64,000 nt of DNA. It comes from Lachnospiraceae bacterium (GTDB lineage Bacteria > Bacillota > Clostridia > Lachnospirales > Lachnospiraceae). The stretch lies in NCBI GenBank assembly GCA_045578545.1, contig JAZNKK010000078.1:6178-70177 (forward strand), given 5' to 3'. The stretch's first letter is position 1. Each line of letters opens with the position of its first letter. This document shows, piece by piece, positions 10,454 to 19,999 of this stretch. The notes under the pieces are model-generated. The model saw nothing but the letters and a program-made list of their open reading frames with translations, made no database searches and had not been told where the DNA came from. The position numbers and the translations under genes were made by a program.

Positions 10454-11615
10454 TGTTTTTTTGGTGGCCAGCAAGGGAATACCGGCCAGATACGGTGGAT
10501 TTGAAACTTTTGCAGAGCAGCTGGTTCGTGGAAAAAAGAGGGAAGAAATTCGTTATCATGTATCCTGCATGGCCAAGGAAGAGAAACACTTCGAATATCT
10601 GGGAGCAGATTGTTTTAATGTTAAAGTACCCTTGCCGGGACCGGCAGGAAGAATTCTGCATGTGGCAAGAGTGTTGCGTCAAACGATAGAGTGGAAAAAA
10701 GAAAATCCGGAAAGCGATACCGTAGTTTATATTTTGGGGTGTCGTATCGGACCGCTGATGAAGTATTATGCAACCAAGCTGAAAAAGCTTGGCGTACGTA
10801 TTTTTGTCAATCCGGACGGATTGGAATGGAAGAGAGCAAAATGGAGCGGACCGGCAAAGCGATTTTTACGATTTTGTGAAAAGTGCCTGGTAATGAATGC
10901 TGACCTGGTGATTTGCGATTCGGTAAACATTGAGAAATATATTCAAAAGACCTATCCGAAAAAAGCAAAGCAAACGACTTATCTGGCCTATGGTGCTACG
11001 GAAAGTACGTTGGAGTTACCGGAAGAAAAGTGGCAGCAGTGGCTGGAAAAACATCACATCAGCAAAGAGGGATATTATTTGATTGTGGGACGATTTGTAC
11101 CGGACAACAATTACGAAACCATGCTCAAAGAATTTACTTCTTCTAAGACAAAAAAAGATCTGGTGATTGTCACCAATGTGGAAAAGAACAAATTTTACCG
11201 TCGTTTGGCAGAGGAAACCGGTTTTGAAAAGGATGCCAGAGTGAAATTTGTAGGAACGGTATATGAAGAAGCTCTTTTGAAAAAAATAAGACAAAATGCA
11301 TTTGCTTATTTCCATGGTCACGAAGTGGGCGGAACCAATCCCTCCTTACTGGAGGCTATGGCTACCACGGATTGTAATTTGCTTTTAGGAGTAGGCTTTA
11401 ACCGGGAAGTTGCCAAAGAGGCTGCCCTTTATTGGGAAAAAGATAAGGGAAATTTGGTTCGTTTGATGGAAAAAGCGGAAGCTTTCACAAAGGACCAAAG
11501 AGAAGAACTTGGAAAAAGAGCAAAGATGCGAATGAATGAGGCGTATCGCTGGGAAATGATTGTTGCAGGATATGAAAAATTGTTCCTTGGAAGCGATGAG
11601 AAAACCATGCCTTAA
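10446..11615 (+). CDS. wchF: GT4 (DUF1972) beta-1,4-rhamnosyltransferase, Cps2T/WchF-like
   Basis: KGIPARYGGFETF, NPDGLEWKRAKW, VGRFVPDNNYE and HGHEVGGTNPSLLEA. It directly follows the initiating transferase. Confidence 0.8.
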   Translation: MTDVFLVASKGIPARYGGFETFAEQLVRGKKREEIRYHVSCMAKEEKHFEYLGADCFNVKVPLPGPAGRILHVARVLRQTIEWKKENPESDTVVYILGCRIGPLMKYYATKLKKLGVRIFVNPDGLEWKRAKWSGPAKRFLRFCEKCLVMNADLVICDSVNIEKYIQKTYPKKAKQTTYLAYGATESTLELPEEKWQQWLEKHHISKEGYYLIVGRFVPDNNYETMLKEFTSSKTKKDLVIVTNVEKNKFYRRLAEETGFEKDARVKFVGTVYEEALLKKIRQNAFAYFHGHEVGGTNPSLLEAMATTDCNLLLGVGFNREVAKEAALYWEKDKGNLVRLMEKAEAFTKDQREELGKRAKMRMNEAYRWEMIVAGYEKLFLGSDEKTMP

Positions 11616-11627
11616 AAAGGAGAACCT

Positions 11628-12758
11628 GTGAAACACGTAGTATTTATTTCCAACAGTTTTGGGAGTTTATATAACTTTCGATATGAATTGATATCGGAAC
11701 TTTTGAAGGAATACAAGGTTACCATTGTTACCCCTATGGAACAGGAAGATTATTTGCTGTATGAGCCTTGGAAAAAGCAGGGACTTATGCTGGTAGAAAC
11801 CAATTTTAGGAGGCGGGGAAAAAATCCGTTTCAGGAAATCGGTTTGTACAGACAGTATCTGAAAATCTTAAACGAGCGAAAGCCGGACCTGGTGTTGTCT
11901 TATACCATTAAGCCAAACATTTATGCCGGTTTGGCTTGCGCGAAGCAAAAGATTCCTTTGGGAGCGAACATTACCGGACTTGGTACGGCTTTTCAAAAAG
12001 ACGGTTTTTTTAAGAAGATGATTGTGTTCTTATACCAAAAAGCCTTGAAAAAAGCAGAGACTATCTTTTTTCAAAATCGTCAGAGTATGGAAGTGTTTGA
12101 AAAACACCGGATCGGAGAGGGAAAGAAAATTCTGGTTCCCGGTTCCGGCATTAATTTGGAGAAATTTGACTATACGCCGTTAGAAGCCTTGGGAGAACAT
12201 TCCTTTTTGTATGTTGCCAGAATCATGAAGGAAAAAGGGGCGGAAGAATTTTTCTATATGGCTGAAAAGGTCAAAAAGAAGTATCCCTTTGTTTCTTTTG
12301 ATGTGGTGGGTTTTTGTGAAGAGGCATACGAAGAGAAAATTCAGCAATTGGAAAAGGAAGGAATCCTTAAAAGCCACGGATGGCAAGACAACATGTTGCC
12401 TTTTTTGAAAAAAGCAGGATGCATTATTCAGCCCTCTTATCACGAAGGGCTTTCGAATATCTGTTTAGAAGGCGCGGCTGTCGGAAGACCTTTGCTGGTT
12501 TCCGATATTCCGGGATGCCGGGAAACCATAGAGGAAGGAAAAACAGGAATGTCCTTTCCGCCCGGAGATAAGGAAGCACTCCTTTCGTGTGTGGAAGAAT
12601 ATTTAAAGCTTCCTTTTGAAAAAAAAGTACACATGGGGGAAGCGGGACGAAAGAAAATGGAAGAAGAATTTGACCGGAAAAAGGTCATCGAGATTTATAG
12701 GAATGAAATCGAAAGGATTTTGAAGGATGACACAGAAACAACCGCAGGAAAAAATTGA
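11628..12758 (+). CDS. GT4 glycosyltransferase (CapM-like)
   Basis: LYNFRYELI, YTIKPNIY, ITGLG, PGSGIN, PSYHEGLSNICLEG, DIPGCRE. Confidence 0.88.
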   Translation: MKHVVFISNSFGSLYNFRYELISELLKEYKVTIVTPMEQEDYLLYEPWKKQGLMLVETNFRRRGKNPFQEIGLYRQYLKILNERKPDLVLSYTIKPNIYAGLACAKQKIPLGANITGLGTAFQKDGFFKKMIVFLYQKALKKAETIFFQNRQSMEVFEKHRIGEGKKILVPGSGINLEKFDYTPLEALGEHSFLYVARIMKEKGAEEFFYMAEKVKKKYPFVSFDVVGFCEEAYEEKIQQLEKEGILKSHGWQDNMLPFLKKAGCIIQPSYHEGLSNICLEGAAVGRPLLVSDIPGCRETIEEGKTGMSFPPGDKEALLSCVEEYLKLPFEKKVHMGEAGRKKMEEEFDRKKVIEIYRNEIERILKDDTETTAGKN

Positions 12759-14316
12759 AAAAGAATGGCTGGATGCGGGAAAGCAGATTTTACTTTATAC
12801 CGTGGTGCTTGGAATCATAACCCATGGTTTTCGATTTACCAATACGATGTTATGTGCAGATTCCACCAATTATTTGAATTCTATTTCACCAAGCTGGGTA
12901 ACATCCCTTGGAAGATTTGTGCTTCCGGTGGTGGAAAAGGTACGCGGACCCTATGAACTGACGTGGCTCATTGGCGTACTTAGCACGATATTCATAGGTA
13001 TTTCTGCTACGTTTGTCGCACTGACCTTGGATATTAAGGACAAGCTGTCACGATTTTTGCTCAGCTGGCTGATGGTGGCAAGTCCGGTAGTGACCAGTAT
13101 TTTTGCCTACATGTACACGGCAGACGGCTATATGCTGGGACTATTATTTTCTGTATTGGCAGTATTTTGCTGCGTGAAAATAAAAGGCAGCAAGGGAATT
13201 ATACTGGGAAGTGTTTCGCTTATGGTATCCCTTGGCTTTTATCAGGCCTTTATTACCACGACCATAATGGTAATCCTGCTTTATCTGATTCGACAGTTGT
13301 TGGAAGAAAAAAACACCTGGGCAGACATCGGAAAGAAGATTGCAAGATTTCTCGGAATGGGAATTTCGGGGCTGCTGCTTTATCTTATCACGCTGAAACT
13401 GGTATGGAAAGTTGGTGGCTACGGCACGACTTCTTATATGGGAATGGATTCGGGAAGCGGATTTCAATTTGAAAACATAGCGAAGGCAGCAGTGGAATGC
13501 TGTGTGGATTTTGCCAGATTCTTTTTGGTGCGTTGGGAATGGACGTTTTACAATGCTACGAATGTGCTCCTGTTTGTGCTGATGGCGGTTATGTTAATTT
13601 GGATCATTACCAAAAAGAAAATGTGGAAAGACTGGAAGCGTTGGGGACTTATCTTGGTATTTCTTATCCTGATTCCGTTTTTAACCCATGCCTTTGAATT
13701 TGCTTCTGTCGGAGTGTCTTACACATCGACCTCCATGAGTTATTCCTTAACCCTGATTTTTGCATTTCCGTTACTGTTTGCATCCGTTATGGGATTTGAG
13801 GTAAGTTCGTTGCAACAGTGGAAGGAAAACTGGTCGGATAAGAAAAACTGCATTTGGGTTGCAGGAATGGTACTGTTGTTATTAATTTCTTTCCATTTTA
13901 CTGTGATTGCCAATAAGGCATATTACAATATGGAAACGGCAAATACCAAAGTGGAAATGCTGATTAATCGGCTCATGACCAGGATGGAGATGCTGGAGGG
14001 ATATAACGAAGAAATGGAAGTGGCGGTGGTCGGTTCCTGTTTTCAAGACCCTGAATATGTCAGCAGTGCCCCCATGATGTCAGGAGTGGTATCCAATATC
14101 TTTATTTCTCAGCCCACGGAATATGTCAGCTTGATGAAATGGTATTTGTCCAAGGGACATCATTGTGCGAGTGCGGAACGAATCAAAGAACTGGTAAATT
14201 CTTCAGAATTTCAGGAAATGGCGCATTGGCCGGCGGAAAATTCGGTGCGTATCATTGACGGCACGATTGTGTTATACTTATCGGATGTGGGGATCGGACA
14301 ATATCTGGAGGAGTAA
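12727..14316 (+). CDS. GtrII-family (Glucos_trans_II) GT-C glucosyltransferase
   Basis: CADS first loop, WVTSLGRF, FAYMYTADGY, LGFYQAF and a C-terminal EFQEMAHWPAENSVRIIDGTIV motif. Confidence 0.75.
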   Translation: MTQKQPQEKIEKEWLDAGKQILLYTVVLGIITHGFRFTNTMLCADSTNYLNSISPSWVTSLGRFVLPVVEKVRGPYELTWLIGVLSTIFIGISATFVALTLDIKDKLSRFLLSWLMVASPVVTSIFAYMYTADGYMLGLLFSVLAVFCCVKIKGSKGIILGSVSLMVSLGFYQAFITTTIMVILLYLIRQLLEEKNTWADIGKKIARFLGMGISGLLLYLITLKLVWKVGGYGTTSYMGMDSGSGFQFENIAKAAVECCVDFARFFLVRWEWTFYNATNVLLFVLMAVMLIWIITKKKMWKDWKRWGLILVFLILIPFLTHAFEFASVGVSYTSTSMSYSLTLIFAFPLLFASVMGFEVSSLQQWKENWSDKKNCIWVAGMVLLLLISFHFTVIANKAYYNMETANTKVEMLINRLMTRMEMLEGYNEEMEVAVVGSCFQDPEYVSSAPMMSGVVSNIFISQPTEYVSLMKWYLSKGHHCASAERIKELVNSSEFQEMAHWPAENSVRIIDGTIVLYLSDVGIGQYLEE

Positions 14317-14340
14317 CCCCGTTGCTTAGCTTTATTCTAA

Positions 14341-14428
14341 GAAACGATTTGCATTGCAATTTCGTTTTGCAGAAGAGTACAGATAAATATACTGTCAGAG
14401 AATAAATGTTCCGGAAAGAACAGTTTAT
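14341..14428 (+). promoter_or_regulatory. Hairpin-rich intergenic region with a possible internal sigma-A promoter
   Basis: Imperfect inverted repeat GAAACGATTTGCA-T-TGCAATTTCGTTTT (14341-14368), TTGCAG-N15-TATACT (14367-14393) and a further ATAAATGTTC/GAACAGTTTAT stem. Confidence 0.4.
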
Positions 14429-14471
14429 GATAAAAAATAAAAATGATTAACCATAAGGAAAGGATAAAACG

Positions 14472-15791
14472 ATGAATTTATACGAACAGATTGTAGAAGG
14501 AAAAGAAAAAATTGCACTGGTGGGACTTGGATATGTGGGTATGCCCATTGCGGTTGCCTTTGCAAGAAAGGTACCGGTTATCGGCTTTGATTTAAATGCA
14601 GAAAAAATTAACTTATACAAGTCCGGCATTGACCCTACGAAGGAAGTGGGCGATGAAGTGATTAAGAATACCAAGGTGGAATTTACTTCGGACGAGTCCA
14701 AATTAAAAGAAGCCAAATTTCATATCGTTGCAGTACCGACACCGGTAAATGAGGATCACACTCCGGATTTATCACCGGTAGAGGGAGCAAGCACCATTCT
14801 TGGAAGAAACTTGACCAAAGGTTCCATTGTAGTATTTGAATCAACGGTTTATCCCGGTGTTACGGAAGAAATCTGTGTGCCGATTTTGGAGAGGGAGTCC
14901 GGCTTAAAATGCGGCGTGGACTTTAAAATCGGATATTCTCCGGAACGAATCAATCCCGGGGATAAGGTGCATCGTTTAGAGACCATCACCAAAATTGTAT
15001 CCGGTATGGATGAGGAAACTTTGGATGAAATCGCAAAGGTTTATGAATTGGTGGTAGAAGCCGGTGTATATCGGGCAGAATCCATTAAAGTAGCGGAAGC
15101 TGCAAAGGTGATTGAGAATAGCCAAAGAGACATTAATATTGCCTTTATGAACGAGCTTTCTATTATCTTTAATCGTATGGGCATCGATACACAGGCAGTT
15201 TTAAAAGCGGCCGGTACGAAGTGGAATTTCCTGAAATTCTATCCCGGACTCGTTGGAGGACACTGCATCGGAGTAGATCCGTACTATCTGACCTATAAAG
15301 CAGAACAGCTTGGCTACCATTCCCAGATTATCCTATCCGGACGACGAATCAATGATGATATGGGAAAATATGTGGCAGAAAGCTTGGTTAAGAATTTGAT
15401 TAAAGCGGATGTAAATGTAAAAAATGCCAAGGTGGGAATTTTAGGCTTTACTTTTAAAGAGAACTGCCCGGATACCAGAAATACCAAAATCATCGATATT
15501 TACAATGAGTTAAAAGAATACGGCATTACTCCTGTAGTGGTGGACCCGGCTGCAGATGCAGACGAGGCTCTTCGTCTTTACGGTATTTCCTTTAAAGAGA
15601 TGAAAGATATGAAGGACATGGATGCTGTGATTATTGCGGTTTGCCATGATGAGTTCTCTTCTTTTAAGGAAGAACAGATTGCCGGATTTTTTGCCGGTGG
15701 CGATAAGAAAAAAGTATTGCTGGATTTAAAAGGAATTTTAAATCGTAAGGAATATGAAGAAAAAGGCGATTATCTGTACTGGAGACTGTAA
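14472..15791 (+). CDS. tviB: UDP-N-acetylhexosamine 6-dehydrogenase (TviB/WbpO-like)
   Basis: GLGYVG, AVPTP, ESTVYPG, YSPERINPGD, KVIENSQRD, GLVGGHCIGVDPYYL, FKENCPDTRN. Confidence 0.88.
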   Translation: MNLYEQIVEGKEKIALVGLGYVGMPIAVAFARKVPVIGFDLNAEKINLYKSGIDPTKEVGDEVIKNTKVEFTSDESKLKEAKFHIVAVPTPVNEDHTPDLSPVEGASTILGRNLTKGSIVVFESTVYPGVTEEICVPILERESGLKCGVDFKIGYSPERINPGDKVHRLETITKIVSGMDEETLDEIAKVYELVVEAGVYRAESIKVAEAAKVIENSQRDINIAFMNELSIIFNRMGIDTQAVLKAAGTKWNFLKFYPGLVGGHCIGVDPYYLTYKAEQLGYHSQIILSGRRINDDMGKYVAESLVKNLIKADVNVKNAKVGILGFTFKENCPDTRNTKIIDIYNELKEYGITPVVVDPAADADEALRLYGISFKEMKDMKDMDAVIIAVCHDEFSSFKEEQIAGFFAGGDKKKVLLDLKGILNRKEYEEKGDYLYWRL

Positions 15792-15881
15792 TTATTTTAC
15801 GTTATGACAATAACGGTTAAGTAAGAAAAGAAAATAACGCAACCAATCAAGCACAATGGGAACTGAAAGGAACATAATCAC

Positions 15882-16856
15882 ATGGGATACAGAGAGTTGA
15901 AATTTGAAAAAGACAGCGTATTTTTAGTAACCGGAGGAGCGGGTTTTATCGGTTCTAATCTTTGCGAGGCAATTTTGGATTTGGGCTGTCAGGTAAGATG
16001 TTTGGATGATTTGTCCACCGGGAAAAAAGAGAATGTAGAGTTTTTGCAAGGAAGAGACGGTTATACGTTTATTCAAGGTGACATTAAGGATTTGGAGACT
16101 TGTAAAAAAGCCTGCGAAGGTGTGGATTATGTTTTGAATCAGGCTGCCTGGGGAAGTGTTCCGAGAAGTATCGAAATGCCTTTGTTTTATGAGGAGAATA
16201 ATATTCGAGGTACGCTGAATATGATGGAGGCTGCAAGACAGTGCGGAGTGAAAAAATTTGTATATGCTTCCAGTTCATCCGTATATGGTGACCATCCGGT
16301 GTTGCCGAAAGTGGAAGGACAGGAAGGGAATTTGCTTTCTCCTTATGCCCTTACCAAAAGAACCAATGAAGAGTACGGAAAGTTATACAAAAAATTGTAT
16401 GGGCTGGATACTTACGGACTTCGATATTTCAATGTGTTTGGAAGAAGGCAGGATCCGGAAGGAGCCTATGCTGCGGTAATTCCGAAGTTTATTCGTCAGC
16501 TTTTAAACGGGGAGACTCCCACCATCAACGGAGACGGAAAACAATCCAGAGATTTTACCTATGTGGATAATGTGATTGAAGCAAATTTGAAAGCGTGCCT
16601 GGCCCCTTCTGAGGCAGCAGGAGAAGCTTTTAATATTGCGTATGGCGGCAGGGAATATCTGATCGATATTTATTATCACCTTTGCGAAGCCTTGGATATA
16701 AAAAAGGAGCCGATTTTTGGACCGGACCGGGCCGGAGATATCAAACATTCCAATGCTGATATCAGCAAAGCCAAAAGATTGCTTGGATATGATCCGGAGT
16801 ACAGCTTTGAAAAAGGAATCAAGCTGGCCATTGCATGGTACAAAGAAAATTTATAA
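15882..16856 (+). CDS. tviC: UDP-GlcNAc(A) 4-epimerase (TviC/WbpP-like extended SDR)
   Basis: TGGAGFIGS, QAAWGSVPRSI, ASSSSVYG, YALTK, LRYFNVFG, GAYAAVIPKF. Confidence 0.88.
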   Translation: MGYRELKFEKDSVFLVTGGAGFIGSNLCEAILDLGCQVRCLDDLSTGKKENVEFLQGRDGYTFIQGDIKDLETCKKACEGVDYVLNQAAWGSVPRSIEMPLFYEENNIRGTLNMMEAARQCGVKKFVYASSSSVYGDHPVLPKVEGQEGNLLSPYALTKRTNEEYGKLYKKLYGLDTYGLRYFNVFGRRQDPEGAYAAVIPKFIRQLLNGETPTINGDGKQSRDFTYVDNVIEANLKACLAPSEAAGEAFNIAYGGREYLIDIYYHLCEALDIKKEPIFGPDRAGDIKHSNADISKAKRLLGYDPEYSFEKGIKLAIAWYKENL

Positions 16857-16892
16857 ATGATTTAAAAAAGAGAAATATAAAGGCGTAAAAAG

Positions 16893-17633
16893 ATGCGGAA
16901 AATAGCGATTCGTATTGATGATGTGACCCGGGACATGGACTGGGAGAAATTCCATCGGTTTGAAGAAATTTTAAATAAAAATCAAATAGCGCCTCTGATC
17001 GGAATCGTGCCGGACAATCAGGACCCGATGCTGAAAACGAAGGAGACAAAGGAAGACTTTGCAAGCTGGGTAAAGGAAAAGAAAAATGCTGGTTGGTGTG
17101 TTGCCATGCATGGATACCGGCATGTGTATGAAACGAAAAAAAAAGGAAGCTTTCCATTGAATCCGTTCTCAGAATTTGCGGGACTAAAATACCGGAATCA
17201 GTACGAAAAGATTTGTGCGGGAAAAAAGAAATTGGAAGAAGAAGGAATCAAAACCAATATCTTTATGGCACCCGGACATAGTTTTGATAAGAATACCTTA
17301 AAAGCATTAAAGGAAAACGGATTTACGTATGTTACCGATGGATTTGGGGGAAAGCCCTATCTTCGAAGTGATATGATTTTTTTGCCCATCGCTTTTCAGA
17401 GGGGAAAAGAATTAAAAAAGAAGACGGGATACACCACCTATGTGGTTCATACCGCTACCATGCGGGAGGCGGATTTTGCAGCATACGAAAAACTCCTAAA
17501 AGAGAAGAGAGAACATTTTATCGACTATTCGGAATTATTAAAAATAGCCCCCCAAAAGCAAAGCATGTTTGCTCATGGAACAGAATTTTTCATGGCTTGG
17601 ATGAAGGGAGTATTATGCAGGATTCGAAAGTAG
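16893..17633 (+). CDS. DUF2334 / NodB-like polysaccharide deacetylase
   Basis: IRIDDV, MHGYRH metal motif, SEFAGL, FMAPGHSFD. Confidence 0.78.
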   Translation: MRKIAIRIDDVTRDMDWEKFHRFEEILNKNQIAPLIGIVPDNQDPMLKTKETKEDFASWVKEKKNAGWCVAMHGYRHVYETKKKGSFPLNPFSEFAGLKYRNQYEKICAGKKKLEEEGIKTNIFMAPGHSFDKNTLKALKENGFTYVTDGFGGKPYLRSDMIFLPIAFQRGKELKKKTGYTTYVVHTATMREADFAAYEKLLKEKREHFIDYSELLKIAPQKQSMFAHGTEFFMAWMKGVLCRIRK

Positions 17634-18799
17634 AATCAACAATGGACAAAGGGAAAAAAATCACGGTATTACAGGTGCTCAGCGGATTGGCAGTTGGCGG
17701 AGCGGAAAGCCGGGTAATGGATATTGCAAGACATTTGGACCGGCAAAAAGTTCAGTATGCCTTTCTGTTGAATACCAAAGGACCGGATTATTATGAAGAG
17801 GAAGCCCGGGGATTGGGATGCGAAATTTATCGAATTCCCCGGTTTTGTTTTTATAACTATTTTTCTTATCGTAAGGCAGTGAAAGATTTTTTTGCTTCCC
17901 ATCCGGAAATTGATATTGTGCAGGGGCACATGACAAGTACAGCAGGAATTTACCTTCCGCTGGCGAAGAAATACGGAGGACAAAAGACCATTGCCCATGC
18001 CAGAAGTGCCGGCGTGGATGCCGGATTAAAGGGAACACTTACGAAAATTCTTCGAAAAAATTTATGGAAAAAAACCGATGTGATGTGGGCATGTTCTACG
18101 GAAGCGGCAGAAGCGGTTTTCGGAAAGGAACGAATGGGAAAGGTACGAATCATTCCGAACGCAATTTCGGTGGATTCGTTTGAAAAGACAGAAGAAAAGA
18201 CGGCAAAGGCTAACCAAATCAGAGAAACATATGGACTGAAAGATAAATTGGTCATTGGTCATGTGGGAAGATTTCATTATGCCAAAAATCATGAGTTTTT
18301 GTTAGAAATTTTTGCGGAAATTGCCAAGGTAAGAGAGGACGCTGCACTTTTATTGGTGGGCGAAGGCAGTCGAATGGAAATGATTCGGGAGCTCTCCGCA
18401 AAATTAGGAATAGAAGATAAGGTGATATTTGCCGGCAGACAAAGTAAGGTGTCCGATTTTTATTATGCCATGGATTTATTGGTGTTTCCTTCCCGTTACG
18501 AAGGACTTCCGGGAACCATCGTGGAAGCACAGGCCTGCGGATTGCCTTGTGTACTCTCTGATGCGATTACCAAGGATGTGGCAGTGACCCCCTTGTTGCA
18601 ATACGAAAGTCTTTCTTCTTCCCCTAAAATATGGGCACAAAAAGCATTGGAACACAGAATGGTTATTTCGCAAAAGAAAAAGGAAGGCTCTTTGGAATCT
18701 CCCACCAAGCTTCTGAAGCAAAACGGATTTGATGTAGTTGGTCAGGTAGAGAAATTAGAACACTATTACCGGGAACTTTTAGAAGGGGAGAATAAGTAA
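17615..18799 (+). CDS. GT4 glycosyltransferase (EpsF/CapH-like)
   Basis: GGAESRVM, GHVGRFHYAKNHEFL, FPSRYEGLPGTIVEAQACGLP. The start is uncertain (17597, 17615 or 17642). Confidence 0.88.
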   Translation: MQDSKVESTMDKGKKITVLQVLSGLAVGGAESRVMDIARHLDRQKVQYAFLLNTKGPDYYEEEARGLGCEIYRIPRFCFYNYFSYRKAVKDFFASHPEIDIVQGHMTSTAGIYLPLAKKYGGQKTIAHARSAGVDAGLKGTLTKILRKNLWKKTDVMWACSTEAAEAVFGKERMGKVRIIPNAISVDSFEKTEEKTAKANQIRETYGLKDKLVIGHVGRFHYAKNHEFLLEIFAEIAKVREDAALLLVGEGSRMEMIRELSAKLGIEDKVIFAGRQSKVSDFYYAMDLLVFPSRYEGLPGTIVEAQACGLPCVLSDAITKDVAVTPLLQYESLSSSPKIWAQKALEHRMVISQKKKEGSLESPTKLLKQNGFDVVGQVEKLEHYYRELLEGENK

Positions 18800-18923
18800 A
18801 AACCGCCGGAAAGCGAAAATCGCAATCGGGATTAACGAGAATAAGTAAAAGGGTCAAAGAAGATAACGGCAAAGGAAGAAGCGACCGGAAAAAGAAAAAA
18901 CACAGAGAAAGAGAAACGGATTT

Positions 18924-19985
18924 ATGAAACGAATGCTTCATATCGTCGGCGGAATGTATCCCGGCGGTTTGGAAAATTTTATAATGAATATCTATGGGAA
19001 TCTTAATCGGCAGGAAGTACAGTTTGACGTGATTGTTCACAGCATTCGGCCCGGGGACTATACGGAAGAAATCAAGTCTCTTGGCGGAAAGGTATACCTT
19101 GCTCCGAGGAAATCCAAACATCCCATTAAAAATTTTCTGGAAATAAAAAGAATTGTAAAAGAAAATCAGTACGATGTGGTTATTCGACATTCCGACAATG
19201 CTTTTCCGGTGTTGGATTTGCTGGCGGCCAAAATGGGAGGTGCAAAGAAACGGATTTATCAATCTCATTCTTCCAGCAGTTCCCATGTAGGACTTCACAA
19301 ATTTTTTCGTTTGTTTATGGGAAGCTGGGCAACGCATCGATTTGCCTGCTCCGAAAACGCCGGTAAGTGGATGTATGGAAAACGTGATTTTCAGATTGTG
19401 AAAAATGCCATTGATATTAAAAAATATTTGTTCCGCCAGGATGTCAGAGAAAAAGTGCGGAAGGAATGGGGTATGGAAGATAAAGTGGTCTATGGACATG
19501 TGGGAATTTACATGCCGGCGAAAAACCACGAATTCTTGATTTCTTTTTTTGAAACAATTGCGAAGAAACAGGAAAATGCCAGACTGCTGCTGATTGGGGA
19601 AGGTTCTTTGCGGGAAGCGATGGAAGAACAGATAGCGCGTCTTGGACTGGAAGAGAAAGTGATTTTAACCGGGATACGAAATGATGTGCCGGATTTATTG
19701 CAGATGACAGATGTTTTTTTATTCCCTTCCGTTTATGAAGGGCTTCCGCTTTCGGTTATTGAAGCGCAGTCGGTGGGGCTGAAATGTTTGATTTCTGACC
19801 GGATTACCAAGGAAGTGGTGGTGACGGATTTGGTAACCAGACTATCCTTGGAAGAAGGAGAAGAACGCTGGGCGGATTGTGCCATTGCATTATCCAAACA
19901 ATACGAAAGAAAGAATACATTTGACGAAATCGCCAAGGCGGGATATGACGTGTCCACGCTGGCGAAGTGGTATGGGGAATTGTAA
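18924..19985 (+). CDS. GT4 glycosyltransferase (EpsF/CapH-like), paralog of the preceding gene
   Basis: GGLENFIM, FACSENAG, GHVG...KNHEFL, FPSVYEGLPLSVIEAQ. Confidence 0.88.
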   Translation: MKRMLHIVGGMYPGGLENFIMNIYGNLNRQEVQFDVIVHSIRPGDYTEEIKSLGGKVYLAPRKSKHPIKNFLEIKRIVKENQYDVVIRHSDNAFPVLDLLAAKMGGAKKRIYQSHSSSSSHVGLHKFFRLFMGSWATHRFACSENAGKWMYGKRDFQIVKNAIDIKKYLFRQDVREKVRKEWGMEDKVVYGHVGIYMPAKNHEFLISFFETIAKKQENARLLLIGEGSLREAMEEQIARLGLEEKVILTGIRNDVPDLLQMTDVFLFPSVYEGLPLSVIEAQSVGLKCLISDRITKEVVVTDLVTRLSLEEGEERWADCAIALSKQYERKNTFDEIAKAGYDVSTLAKWYGEL

Positions 19986-19999
19986 GAAAGGAACAGAGA

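Noticed and set aside
17136-17144. A9 tract in the deacetylase (also A8 at 41587-41594 in the GT11 gene and T8 at 43579-43586 in wzy) as phase-variation switches
   Set aside because: All these genes are in frame, A/T runs of this length are common in this Lys/Phe-rich low-GC sequence, and there are no long poly-C/G tracts like those of Helicobacter fut genes.
18663-19529. Long antisense ORFs (288 aa here, also 262-903, 4301-5032, 7236-7874, 54510-55145, 56499-57071, 58016-58573)
   Set aside because: They lie opposite well-supported genes, have no recognisable motifs and show the F/S/H/L-rich composition of shadow frames.
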